This document shows positions 1 through 12,300 of a stretch of DNA of 64,000 nucleotides, in pieces. Every line of letters begins with the position of its first letter. Position 1 is the stretch's first letter. The notes beneath the pieces were generated by a model, which ran no database searches, had not been told where the DNA came from, and saw only the letters and a list, made by a program, of their open reading frames with translations. Source of the stretch: Squalus acanthias (taxonomy: Eukaryota). Position numbers and translations under genes: made by a program. Location: positions 72,788,001-72,852,000 of the forward strand of contig CM059430.1 of the NCBI GenBank assembly GCA_030390025.1, in the 5' to 3' direction.

Positions 1-204
1 TAGGTGCCAGCTGTACTGGAACAGCTTGTCTCTTTGCAGGGCTAGTTCTAGAGCACTGTCTTCAGCTGCACAGAAGGGACATTTTTGTGACCAACAGATT
101 TAGCTGTGTCTAGTGCACTCAACTTTTCTTGATATTCTGTGAGGTGAATAGAATTGGCTTCAGACTGGCATCTCTGGTGGTTGGTAGCTGAGGAAGAAGC
201 CGAG

Positions 205-640
205 AATTACATTATAAATGGTAGGACACTTCGACGTGCAGAAGATCAGATGGGACCTTGGAGAGCATGTCCACAGATCCTTGACGGTAGCAGGACAGCT
301 AGATAAGGTGGTTAAGAATGCATACGGGATACTTGCCTTCATAACCCGAGGCATAGAATATAAGAGCAGGGAGGTTATGCTTGAACTGTATAAAACACTA
401 GTTAGGCCACAGCTAGAATACTAGGTGCAGTTCTGGTCACCGCTTTACAGGACTGATGTGATTATACTGGAGGGGGTTAAGAGGAGATTTACGAGGATGT
501 TGCCTGGGCTGGGGAATTTTATCTATGAGGAAAGATTGGATAGGCTGGGGTTGTTTTATTTGGAACAGAGGAGGCTGAGGGGGACCGAATTGAGGTTTAA
601 AAAGTTGTGAGGGGCCTAGATAGACTGCATAGGAAGGACC
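205..640 (+). mobile_element. CR1 LINE ORF2 C-terminal fragment (paralog ~34488-34920)
   Basis: LYKTLVRPQLEY*VQFWSP...RRFTRMLPGL...YEERLDRLGLF. Confidence 0.85.
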
Positions 641-1620
641 AATGATGTCAATGGTGGGCTACTCTACAGGCATGAGATTTTGCATTGTATCAGGACCACA
701 CCTGTGCTGCTTGTTGTGAGCCAGCTTCCCGTGGAAGAAGAGTGGAATTGGAGTAATATATATCCTGGGCAATGAGTTTCAACCCACACCGTGTATAACT
801 CAGCTTACCAATGTGTGAACGATGAAAGGAAGAATTAGATAATTAGGGCAAGAAAGAGAAGTGGCTGCGAGGGGCAGCAGCAGTTTTTGCGGGCGTGAGG
901 GTAAGCAAAATGGAGGTGCAGTAAGGACTTATGGGCAGCTATGGCAATTGGGGGTGAGATGGATTAAGAATACTGAGATGAAAGTAAACCCCTTCATGGT
1001 AGTGCAGAAAGTATGAGAGAAATGACGGCGAGCTTTACATTGGCACTTCTGATGAGATCATTAATGCCAGTAATTACCACGCCTGTTCGGCCGAATGTAT
1101 GCTGTAACTTCGGTGGAAAACTGAGGAAAGCCTGCGGAAATTCTAAAGCAAAGTGTCTTTCTGCACTGCAGCCTGGTCCGGGAGATAATGCTAATCACAT
1201 TAATGTATGATGCCTCTCTTGTCATGCCCATACCCCAGGCAGCTTTAGTGCAGGCTGTGGACCTTTGTAAGTGGACGTCTTTCGTATTGAGAATCTGTTC
1301 CACCAGCATTTACAGAGCTGTATGTGAACACCTCTGGACCTTGAATTGATTCTTCTTAGCATAAGACATCACCCTGAAGCGTCACCGCGTTGTTTCCATG
1401 TTTTGGTCAAAAGATGCACCTCCCCATTAAGCTGCTGCAGCACATAACAGCACTCAGCAGCACATGATTTCCCACTTTATAATCGGCGAATTGCCTACAG
1501 AAAGCGCGTGTCGTGCTGGCAGTTCAGCTCAACCTGCAAATGCGGGACAACAGAGAAGCTGGGAATGGTTTACCGGCTCCTCTTCTCGTTGGCTGTTGTC
1601 CTCACCCCGCTCACCTTCCC
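641..1620 (-). mobile_element. Decayed Harbinger Myb/SANT-gene remnant (paralog ~34920-35900)
   Basis: TKAAW...INVISIISRTRLQCRK resembles the W...VNA...RT..QCRKK Myb-like motif also seen at 26.8 kb and 53.8 kb. Confidence 0.5.
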
Positions 1621-2526
1621 GCCAATGCCTCGAAGTACAACTTGCAATTATACAGCGCCTTTAATGTACCAAAACTTCCCATTGCGCTTCACAGGAGCGT
1701 ACTCAGACAACGAAATTGACTAGGGAACCAAAGAAGGAAACGTTAGGAGAGGGGACTAAAACCTTGATCAAAGAGGTAGGTTTACGGAGCATTTTAAAGG
1801 ATGAGAGAGATGTAGAGAAGTGTCGGGAGTAAATTCCAGCGTTGTGGGATTATACATTTGAGGGCTCGGCACACCATGGTGGGGCGAAGGTAGTCGGGAA
1901 TCCGAAAGTGCCGGAATTGGAATAATGCAGGTTTCTGTGCTTATTAAAGGGCCGGAGAATGTTGAAGAGATTAGCAGGGGCGTGGTTATGGAGCGATTTG
2001 ATACAAAAACAAGATTTTAAATTGTCAAACGAGGAGAGTAAAACCGATCTCATTGTTTCACAGGAGACAACAATATTTGTACGGAAACCCCATAAGCATG
2101 AATGGGAATAACCCCCAAAAATACACCTCGACATCAACTTAAAAAAGCCATCGCATATTTAAAATTCATTAAAAGCCATTTCATTAAATATTTAAAGCAA
2201 AAACTTTTTTTTAGAAAAATACATTTAAAAGTTTTAAAACGGCTATAGTTTTTAAATGTATAAATTATTTATAAAAGTAGATTTTTCTGTTTTTTAAATC
2301 TCTTACGCTATTAAAAGCAGGTCTTGCGCCTACTTTTGCCAGGCGTAAGAATTTCACAGGCAGTCGCTGGGCAGAAGTTATGCAAATCACCGCCCATGTA
2401 TGCACTTTTCGCGGGGACGTGGAGGATCTTGACAGATCGCAAGTTGCGGGTTTCAGCGCATGCATAAACCCGGGAAGTTGTGCTGCCCCGACGGGTGCAT
2501 ACACACCCTTAGGGGCCGCAAATAAT

Positions 2527-3290
2527 GGCCCAGAAATTAGACTTCGATGTTTGCCGCAGGGGTAAGGATCGTGCGCGATCTTACCTACCGCGCCTGCCTT
2601 TATTGTTCGGGCCCACACGAACTTCTGGTCCTGGGGCTCTCCCTGGTGCCGGCGCTCAGTGTGTGCGTGTCCCAGAGGCGCAGTTAGTTCGATGCGACCT
2701 CTGGGATCACGTGGGACAGTTAGAGCCAATGGCAGCACACCATCTTTCATTCATATTTTTTGACAGGAGAACTGTCAAAACTATGAATACAACTTGCCCC
2801 CAAAAGAACAGCTAAACCTCAATTAAATTAAAAAAAAACCATCAGATTAATAAAATAACTATAGTTAAATAAATTAACCACTTTAAACAAAAAATTTAAA
2901 TTTTTGAAAAAATTTAAATTCTTTTTAAAAGTTATAAAAATAAACTTACCTTTCTTTAAAGTCTCTAATAAAGATAAACCTGTTGAAAAAAAATTAAAAT
3001 AATACTTAATTAACTACTTACCTTGCTAAAAGGGGGTCTTACGCCTCCTTTTTTCATGTGTAAAATCTTCCATTCTGTCCCTCGCGTTCAAAACTGAAAA
3101 AAAAACTAATTGTGCTGCGTGCGCACAGCCTGTCATGCGCACGCGGTTCACTTAGGAACCGCCCCCTTCGCAATATCGGAAGTGCCGGTTTCCCGCGCAT
3201 GCGCAGTGCATGCAGGAAACCGGCACTTCGGGACCGAATACGGGTGAGTGCACAATGCGTACTCTCCCGTATTCGCCGAATTTCTGGGCC
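2527..3290 (+). mobile_element. Harbinger-type MITE (~760 bp) between older MITE fragments (~2040-2520, ~3300-3826)
   Basis: Perfect TIR GGCCCAGAAATT/AATTTCTGGGCC, flanks aat/tat, GC-rich arms, AT-rich core. Confidence 0.9.
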
Positions 3291-3890
3291 TATATCACAT
3301 TATGCTTCTGGGGATTCGATTTACGTAGGGAATCCCCATAAGCACAATAGGAATCCCCTAAAAAACAGACTTTCACAACACTTTAAAAAAATCATCACAT
3401 GTTCAAAATTTATTATAATACAATTTAGTTAAACATTTAAAACAAATACTTAATATTTTTTAAATATATTTAAACATTTTTCAAGGGACCAAAAATAACC
3501 TAAACAACTTTTAAAGGTCATTATTTGTTTAAATCATTTAAAAAGATTTACTTTAATATTTGATAAATCCTTACGCTGGTAAAATAAGGCCTTATGCCTG
3601 CTTTGACATGGCCTAAGGTTTTCATGGCATTCGCTGGGCAGTAGTTGGGCAATTAGTGAATGTCCATTTTCTGCACATGCGGATGATCTGTCAAGCTGAA
3701 ACTTGACAGATCGCAAGTTCCGGGTTTTCACGCAGGCGTATCGCATGCAGAAACCTGGAACTTGCAGGGCACTTACGGCTGCGTACGCTGTACGTACCTG
3801 GTCATTGGCTCTGGAAAATCTGGGCCAATAGCGTCCTAAATTTAAAGAAAAAAGGAATACCAAATTAGTTCCCTCCAACATGTTCTATAG

Positions 3891-4036
3891 CTTTCCCAGC
3901 TCCGTTACGGATCATTTAGCTGAAGAGAACTCATCTGCTCTGACTCTACTCTGTAAAAGGACAGAGTTCTGCCCGGAGTCTCTCACCTTCACTTAGTATG
4001 AAGATCACACGAACAAAGTGACTGGGATCAACACAG
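3891..4036 (+). pseudogene. Truncated, frameshifted C1-set exon of a related receptor gene
   Basis: Acceptor tgttctatag|. Translates FPAPLRII then SSALTLLCKRTEFCPESLTFT*YEDHTNKVTGINT, aligning with VPPTPLRI..SASLILVCKTAEFYSNDINISWYKDGLKVETGIN of exon 3. Confidence 0.8.
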
Positions 4037-4269
4037 CTTCCTGGACGGGATTCTGTGTTGATCCCAGCTTCCTAGCTTCATTAGGACGGCCAAAATTAGG
4101 ACCACCAGAATCACTCCGCTCCAAACTTTATCCAGGGGATATGGGAGGTGAACAGCATTGGAGAAATGGCAGCAGCTGCCTGAACATCAACTCATCATTG
4201 CAATGCATATGGCATCAAGGAGTCTTCACAATCTGGCGGTCATTTGGGCCAAGTGGAACACCCTTCAGT

Positions 4270-5060
4270 TAGTGATCAATCATCACAGCCGTGCAGGAGT
4301 TCCTAACAGAAGTATCCTCAGCCTAACTATCTTCAGCTGCTCCATCAATGACTTTCACTGCACCATAAGTTCACGAGCGTGGCTGTTAACTGATAATTAT
4401 AGTGTTCAGTTCCAGTGGCAACTCCTTAGCTAATGAATCAGCCTGCAGCAGCAGTAACTTTCAAAAGGGAATTGGATATATACTTGAAAACTAAATACAT
4501 TGCGGAGCTCTGGGGAAAAACCAGGCGAGTGAAGCTATTTGGATAGCTCTTTCAAAGAGCCGACACTGGCACGAAGGGCCGAATGATCTCTCGCTGTGCT
4601 GTATGATTCTATCCTGATTCTATGATACAAGCCCACAACAGGACATTTACAACATTCAATGTGAGGTAACATTCGTGCCACATAAGTGCCAAGCAATGGC
4701 CAGCTCATTGACAAATGAAAAGCATCTCAATTTACACAATGCTTCAACACACCATCTATATCCTGGGCGTGAATCATTGCATAGCAACTTAACCGACACT
4801 GCCATATGAACATCCGTAACTACTGGAGCAGCGCAGAAGCTGAAAGCTTTGCAATGAACTGATTGCCTATCAACCTGTGAGCCTCTTTCTGACATCCACA
4901 AGGCTCAAGTCTAGAATTTGGAAACACAGGCACTATTCGCCCGGATGGGTGCTTCTGAACGCTCAAGTATCTCCGCACTATCCAGAACAACAACAGTTTG
5001 TTTGATTCGCACCCATTTCACAGGAATCCATGTTTGCAGTACGTACTATGTACATGATGC
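4270..5060 (+). mobile_element. Decayed L2 LINE RT fragment with a CR1 3' tail inserted at ~4455-4625
   Basis: VPNRSILSLTIFSCSIND (degenerate VPQGSVLGP.LF..YIND) and a decayed KAQV motif. Paralog ~37445-38210. Confidence 0.55.
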
Positions 5061-6242
5061 ATTGAAACAATCAATTCATCAAAAACTTACCCAGAGTTGA
5101 CAATGGAAAAAAAAAACAAATGTTGAAAGTTTTGACAAGCTTTGGTCCAAAGGAAACATGTTCCTCCCAAGCACGCTACACTTACCAGATGTCATGCTTA
5201 AATTAATCATATGCTGAACTTTTTGGATTAATCTATTTTAAGGTAAATGGGGGTTGATGCAATTCAGTGGTTACTTTTATAAAGCCAACAGATCACCTTG
5301 CCTTATCTCGTTCTTGTCTTGCCATTATTACCTGAGTAATATAGACTTTTGGTGTGGCTTTCAAAGGAAAGAATGCAGGACACGAGGGTGTCGCTATCAG
5401 AAAGTGTTGCCCACATTATTTGCTAACGATTTTTAACCGGCTTATTTATGCCTTATTCAAAATAGGGGCCAAAGGAATGTCATGCACCAGCAAAGTAATG
5501 CTAAGCCAAGTAAATTGTGCTAACTCAATGCCACACATTGTGAAGAGTGAAAAAATCTCAAGATTGACGCCAAAAAAACACTGAAGAGCCAGAATATCAT
5601 TTTAATGATTGGAGAATGCTGCTTTGTTAACCATTAAGCAATTGACTATACAAGAAATAAATTACATTCATCTTGATTTTTTCAAGAAATCAACTTTGTT
5701 CATGTTATGGCTGGATAACGATTTTTAAAATATGTCGTAGCAATTGGTGCATTTCTCTGTTGAAGTATGTTGCCCTGGAAAATCATGGCGGCAGAAGCAC
5801 AACAAAGATACATACAGGGGCAAGTGCCCACGCTTACGCGAGCATTCTGCACGACGACAGTGGTCTCTGCATAGGTGAAAAGATTATGTGATTTTTGTTC
5901 TGGTGTAGATGACCTCGGCTGTTACTCTTTGGGTTTTCAAATGTAACTGAGCATAATCTGAACTCTTGTCCAGAAGTTTAGGCTGTTCTGTTTTCCTGGA
6001 GGCAGCCAATTCCAGCGCAGCGTATGTCAGATTGCTTTCTGTTGTCGCTTGCATTGTCTATAAAGCGAGTGTTGGAGAATATCATTAGTACATGGCCAGT
6101 GCCAGTTTCTTCAGTAGTCAAAGGAGCCATTACATTTAAGAAAGTCAACAGGTAATGGGATTTAAATATAATGAGCAAACTAATTTATTTACTCCGCTAC
6201 CATGGGTGACCTGTGTTTATTTTTTTCTCTACCTACCTGGTC

Positions 6243-6338
6243 CTACAGAGTGCTCTCCTCTTGATACTTAGCGCTTGCAGTTTTCATTGACTTTATCAAA
6301 TCTAATGCAGTGTAAAGCTCCATCTCATTTTCTGATCC
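6243..6338 (-). CDS. Exon 6, cytoplasmic terminal exon with YTAL tyrosine motif (GSENEMELYTALDLIKSMKTASAKYQEESTL*)
   Basis: Acceptor tgatctatgcag|GGA, phase 0. YxxL motif. AATAAA signals at 6216-6221 and 6184-6189. Confidence 0.75.
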   Translation of the reverse strand, partial: GSENEMELYTALDLIKSMKTASAKYQEESTL

Positions 6339-9300
6339 CTGCATAGATCACAAAGTAATGTATATTATATTGTTTACTCATTATCTTAGTGACACTGCAG
6401 TGTATGGATTACTGTTTGAACCGAACGGTCTGTAATACTAAAACCAGAGTTGGAAAGTGAAGCTTTAAAATAAATCCACTTGGAGCTTATTTTATTTCTC
6501 AATAATTTGATAGTATATCATTAGGGTACAATATTATATTTTACTCTCTCAATGTGGACTATAGTCATGTTATAACTTATGGTTGTTACACAAGTTACGG
6601 CTTAGTACGCCCAATGTGTGATAGTACAAAGGCATAATGATACCAAAATATCTTGAGATGTTTTGCTCTTACATTTGCACGCGTGTTTGAAAATAACATT
6701 TTATGTTGTTGCTGATTACATTTGCATTATATATTTTGGAAACAATTTCAATTACATGTGAAAAAAACGCAGTTATTACCTTTAGGAGATAAATTGAATT
6801 TAGAATTGTCTCGCTGAAGTATGAAATAAATATTTACTCTACATTTTAAAGGGTTAATGCTTTCCCTTAAGCTGCAAACTGATGTATTTCAGGCCAGTGG
6901 ATTAATTGCATCTATTAAATTATTTCATGCTTAATCTCACAGCCAATTTCTATTTGCTTAACAAATGTATGAAAAGAACCTACCAGACCTTCTGGATGTG
7001 GTGGTTGTTCCATGGAATCCCCTGTTCCTGGTAATGAATGGACTTGAAAATTTGAACATGAATTATTTTCTAATATCGTTCTCCATGATTCCAAAACCAT
7101 TTAATGTAGGCTTAATACAAAGTCCAACTTTATGTTCAGTAACACATTATAGAACTTGTTGGATATCTCTATTTGTTCAAGCTTTACTTTCAAATTACCA
7201 TCTCCAGATTTTGTTAATTTATTGAGTCCTTCTCGAGCCAATTTCCACGGGGACAAGAGGCTTCCTCCTTTGAGCATGGCCCTGAAATTGCGGATTCTGT
7301 AACGGCATACTCTCAGAGTACATCATTGTATTCATTTTGAAATGCCCCGTAAGTTTAAATTTCCTCAAGTGCGTGCATATATCTGGAAATTGAGGCCTCT
7401 CAATGTACACGTTGACAGGCCATATGCGGGAAACTCGAAAAAGCAATCGCTGGCGCAGAGTTCAGCTGTTTACCCAGCGATTGGCCAGCAATTGCACACG
7501 TAGGTCCTACAGTTGATGAAAGCAGGCATGGGCCTGTTTGTATCAGCGTAAGGAGATATCTAAGGCTTAAATTAAACATTTTTAATATCCAAAAATTATG
7601 CACATATACTGTATTAAATGAGTTTATGCAAATATTAGACTGTATTACAGTTTTAAATACGTATGAAATTATCAAAAAATATTTTTTTACCGAGGTTGGT
7701 GTAATGAAGGTACTTTTGAATAAAATTCCAAATTTCAACATTGTATAATTATTAGATTTGGGAATTCCATTGCATATTATTAGGGGATTCCATTCGAAAA
7801 TGATTGGAGTGGTATTCTGTTTATGGATTGGAGGACTGGGCCCACGTGATGGCAGATACGCTTCCGATGCTCCTGCATCCTGGGATCTGTGGTTCATTAC
7901 ACTGCCTCCGCCTCGAGGCCTGAGACCACAACTTTTCGCAGTCAGGGCAACAGGAGATACTTTCGTAATTGTTTCATGGGTCGGAGGCATTATCCGGAAT
8001 TATGTTTCTGACGGCATTTTCTAGCCTGTTACTTGACGGGAAAGCGCACCGCATTAGACCCTGCTCTCAACTCACTTCCACAAAGGTAAGGCACCAGCAG
8101 AAAGAGGTCAGAGAACTTTAGATACAACACGAGAAACTTTCTCCTACCCACTCCAGAGATGTGAAAGGCAATACGGCCACTTTATTGCTGCGTGACAGAT
8201 TATTAAACTCAGTGCATGGGTTCTAGTACCCCATCTCCCTGGGTCCTATCATCAACAGCACAACATGTCATCCATTTGCAACAGAGAAGAAACAACTTCT
8301 CATTTATGTAGCGCGTTCTAGGACATTAAGACATCCCAATGCGCTTCTCTAACGAAACGTACTTTGGAAGTTTAATCAATGTTGTAACGGAAGGAAAAGC
8401 GGTGGCTAATTGATCACAGAAAGGTCGTGCATACAGTAATGCGATAAATAAGCAATTCAATTGTTTTACCGATGTACATTGCGGATACATGTTTTGCAGG
8501 ACACCGATAGATCTTCCAGTCCTCCTTAAATAGTCCCAAGAGATCTTTTACATCCACTTCAGCGGGCAGACGGAGACTGGTTTTCAGTTTTCATCCGAAA
8601 GCTCTCCCTCAGTACGGCACTGGGTTATAGGCCTAAATTATGTGCTTAACACTTCGACCTCTGATTATGAGGTGAGAATGCTACTACTGATCCAAGGCTG
8701 ACATTAACTTACTTCATCCCTACCCTCACATTATCAAGGAATACTAAAGGACACAATGAAACGGGAAAATTTCATACCTTTACATATTATTGACGGATAT
8801 CGCTTCCTCATGATTATCAGGAGCAACAGAATTAAGATTGCACCTCCTGCGGATCGATAGAGCTTTATGTACCATTTTGCGTTGTCAGCTCCTGTAAAAT
8901 AAATGTCAAAAATAAAGTTTGAAATTGAACATTTTGAGAAAGTTTTCTGCAGACCCACCTTTCAATGTCGCCAACCATTCTTTTGAGTATTTATTTCAAT
9001 TTTCGGGAGTCCCGCAGCATAAAGAGACCGTTAAACATTTCATTGATCTTCTTATTTTTCCTTTTCCATTACAAGTCGTTATGATTACTTTATATCTAAA
9101 GAGAATATTACTACTGCATTTATAAAATGGAGCACAATTAAACCACCAACCCTGAGTAATACTGAAGACGATTATCCTTGGACTTTAGTTTTTATACCAC
9201 ATGTTAACTAGGAATTAGATATGATATTTGATTCCTAGATTAGTCACCAGTGCTTGGTGAACAAGTTGTGCTGTTTCGAGAATTCAACAGCTTCAGTTTC

Positions 9301-12300
9301 ACTTTTACTGAAATCAGCAATTTATTTCCAGAATTGTTTAAACTGAAGTTAAATTCTCAAAATACCATGGCGTGATTATCAGTCCAGGCGTCTGGGTTAC
9401 TTTTTCCGTACAATAACAATTATATTACAATACCTCAGCTCTCTAATTAAAAAAGTTCAGTACAAAGACCTATTCGCCAACAGACCTGGAAAAATCTTCT
9501 TAAATCCATATTCTCAAACTACCATGGCGTGATTATTGGTCCAGGCGTCTGGATTACATAATAATTATACTACAATACTTCCGCTCTCTAATAAAAAAAA
9601 AGTTCAGTACAAAGACCCGTTAGCCAACAGAACTTAAAAAATCTGCTTAATCCATATTTTTTTTTCCTATAAAGAGTGATAACCCATCAATGCTCCTTTA
9701 AAGGATTGTTGTCAAAATTGCGCAAATGCCAAATACGGTCCATAATCTTTGGTATCCGTCTTGGGTCAGATGTTCCTTGCATATGTAATAATTAGATTTT
9801 TACCTCCAGTGCTGTTTGAAATGAATCGGAAGTCAGTTGCCGTTTGGACGGTGAGATGACTTGCCAGGCAGGTATAAATAGTCCCGCTCTTGACAGGCTG
9901 TGACTCTTCCAAAAAGCTGGAAACTTCATACAGACCTTTTTCATTTAGCTGTATTTCGGCGTTTATCCCGGTCTCAACTTTCAAACCATCCTTGTACCAA
10001 GAAATATTGATATCATTTGAGTAAAATTCAGCAGTTTTACACACAAGAATCAAAGAAGCAGATGCATTACGATCAGCCTCATTGCAGTCAATACGCAGTG
10101 GGGTTGGAGGAACTGTGGAACAAGATACAGAAGAGATTAGAACTGACTGAGCTCTTTCAGAATGTATGAAGTAATTCAATTTTTTACCACATCAAAGCCA
10201 ATATGACATTAATACTTTCCAAACATTAATTGGCATGTTTATTTATAGAAACGTTGCGTGGATTTTCAACTTGCTGTCTGGGCGGGAATCAGACGATGTT
10301 GAGCAGCAACTCGGCATCAAGTTGAAAATCTAGCCCATTAATTAAACGATTACAATTTCTATTGAGACATTGGTGAGCTAAACATGATACCGTCGAGATC
10401 AATGCTAGAAAGAATATAGATGGAAGATATAAAGGTTTGGAGGTTTTTGAGATTATTGCAACACATATATATCTCAATATAACTCATAATTAAGAGTAGG
10501 TAGAAGGGGATTCGATGTATAATATGGTTTACAACACATCGCATTTTACAGGGCTAAGCTTTTAATTGAAAAAAGAGACCATTTCACGATCAAATTGTTT
10601 TTATGTTGGTTATAAATTCACATTGAACACCATTCACCTTAACAGGAATATTTTAGAAAGTTGACAGACGGTTTAATAACTGTCGAGACAGTTTTACTGA
10701 GTTAGAGACTCTTTCGAAGTAATTATTGTGAAGAGTGTTGGAAAGGTTAATGTAAAATACAGATAACACGTAGTTTAAGAACGGCAGTAAGTGAAGAACC
10801 ATAGCTGGAGGAAACGCAAAGCAGAAGAAAATAGATCAACGGGAAAGTTACTGAGAACTCGCCGTATAGTGACCCGAAGTTTAAACCAGCATGCTTCAGA
10901 GAGAGATGTAACGGTCCGAAACCAACAATTAACTTGCCATCTAAGGGTAGAGCTTAATCGTCATATTCTCTTTCAAGCGGCAGATTTACCAATGAAAGTC
11001 AAACTTTCGTCCTCGCTAAAATAAACTATACTCAATTATAACCAGCAAATTATGTTACATTGTGATAGTGAATGATGTTCATTGTTTGTTGATTTAGCTT
11101 GTCTACGCTAAATATTAAGAATGCATTCGTAATGATATTAATGCATCTTCAATGTTGAATCTCTTGTTCACCACTAGCTGCAATTTAGTGGATGTAATTA
11201 AGTAAATTGATCAGTGGCAAACCACTTTCACGTTCAATTCTTGGTCGCGTTCTTAATCAATTTTTTAAATGTCTCTTTACCGAACACGTTCGTTCCCAAA
11301 CGTTAATTGAACCGAATTGTGTATAAATAAAGCAAGGTATTGAATACGAATTTCATTGTAAACTCCAAAAGGCTTAAAACAAACGCTTGGCGGCCCCAAA
11401 CATGAATGGCAACAAAAAGAATTCTTGCACCGTGTTTGTTTTGTTTGCTTTAAACATTTAGTGGAATAGTTTCAGGTACAAATTACCGTGGATGAGAAGC
11501 TTTGACCCAGTTCCATTTCCCATCCGACTACCCGGATGTTTCACTCCGCAGCAATAAACTCCGGAGTCCGCGGCGCTGACATTCAGGAGCTGAAGGGAGG
11601 CCTCTCCTTTCTTCAAAGGAAGAAATCGTTTTCTGCTGTCATTAACAGACTGTAGAAACTCATTTTCTCCCAGTTTCCACCAGTAAACAGTCACATCGGA
11701 ATTATCTTGTAAAAAAGGGAACGCGCAATAGAAAGTAATGTTTCCACCTGCGATCACGATGGCGTTTTCAGGGGCTTGGATCACACTTAACTGAACACCG
11801 GAAACAGCTGTGAGGAAATTAATGCCAATAATAATGAGATATATCGCAGACACACAGCTTGCTGACAATAATCATCGACTTCTGATAGTAACGTATATTT
11901 GCTGAGGATTAAATTAAATCTTTGTCAGCGATATCTGATGCTACAAGCGCTGTCTATAACGAATCATTTTAAACGATGAGATCTGTCGGCGCTGCTGTGT
12001 ATTTAATCTGCCTTGCTCCCACATTTCTCTTAAAACTAACCTGATGTGAAGCGCAGACAACACCAGTACATTTTGAATTGCACATGTCTTCACAAACAGA
12101 CAATGATCAGACAATGAAAACATCAACTGAGATATGGTTGATGCGACGCAGGGACTAAGATCTTGATATAACACATAACGAAAGGACTTCCACTAGACTG
12201 TGTTTCTTGTTTTATGTTCAATTGACGTATTAATACATTCTAACACCAGATTCAATTTGAAAATAGTCTCGTGGCACTAGCCATGGACCTTTCATCAACC

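Noticed and set aside
2265-3881. Numerous 60-190 aa ORFs in GC-rich MITE arms here and at 14-15, 29-30, 45-49 and 61 kb
   Set aside because: Incidental frames in non-coding repeats, not preserved between family copies.
11300-11560. Possible rearranging V segment with an RSS
   Set aside because: No CACAGTG/ACAAAAACC pair is visible, and the J-like strand and splice donor are already in the same exon.
11808-11868. Signal-peptide-like N-terminus of ORF 11458-11868 (SASCVSAIYLIIIGINFLT)
   Set aside because: It starts at TTG and runs through the intron acceptor; a proper ATG leader exon exists at 13588-13633.
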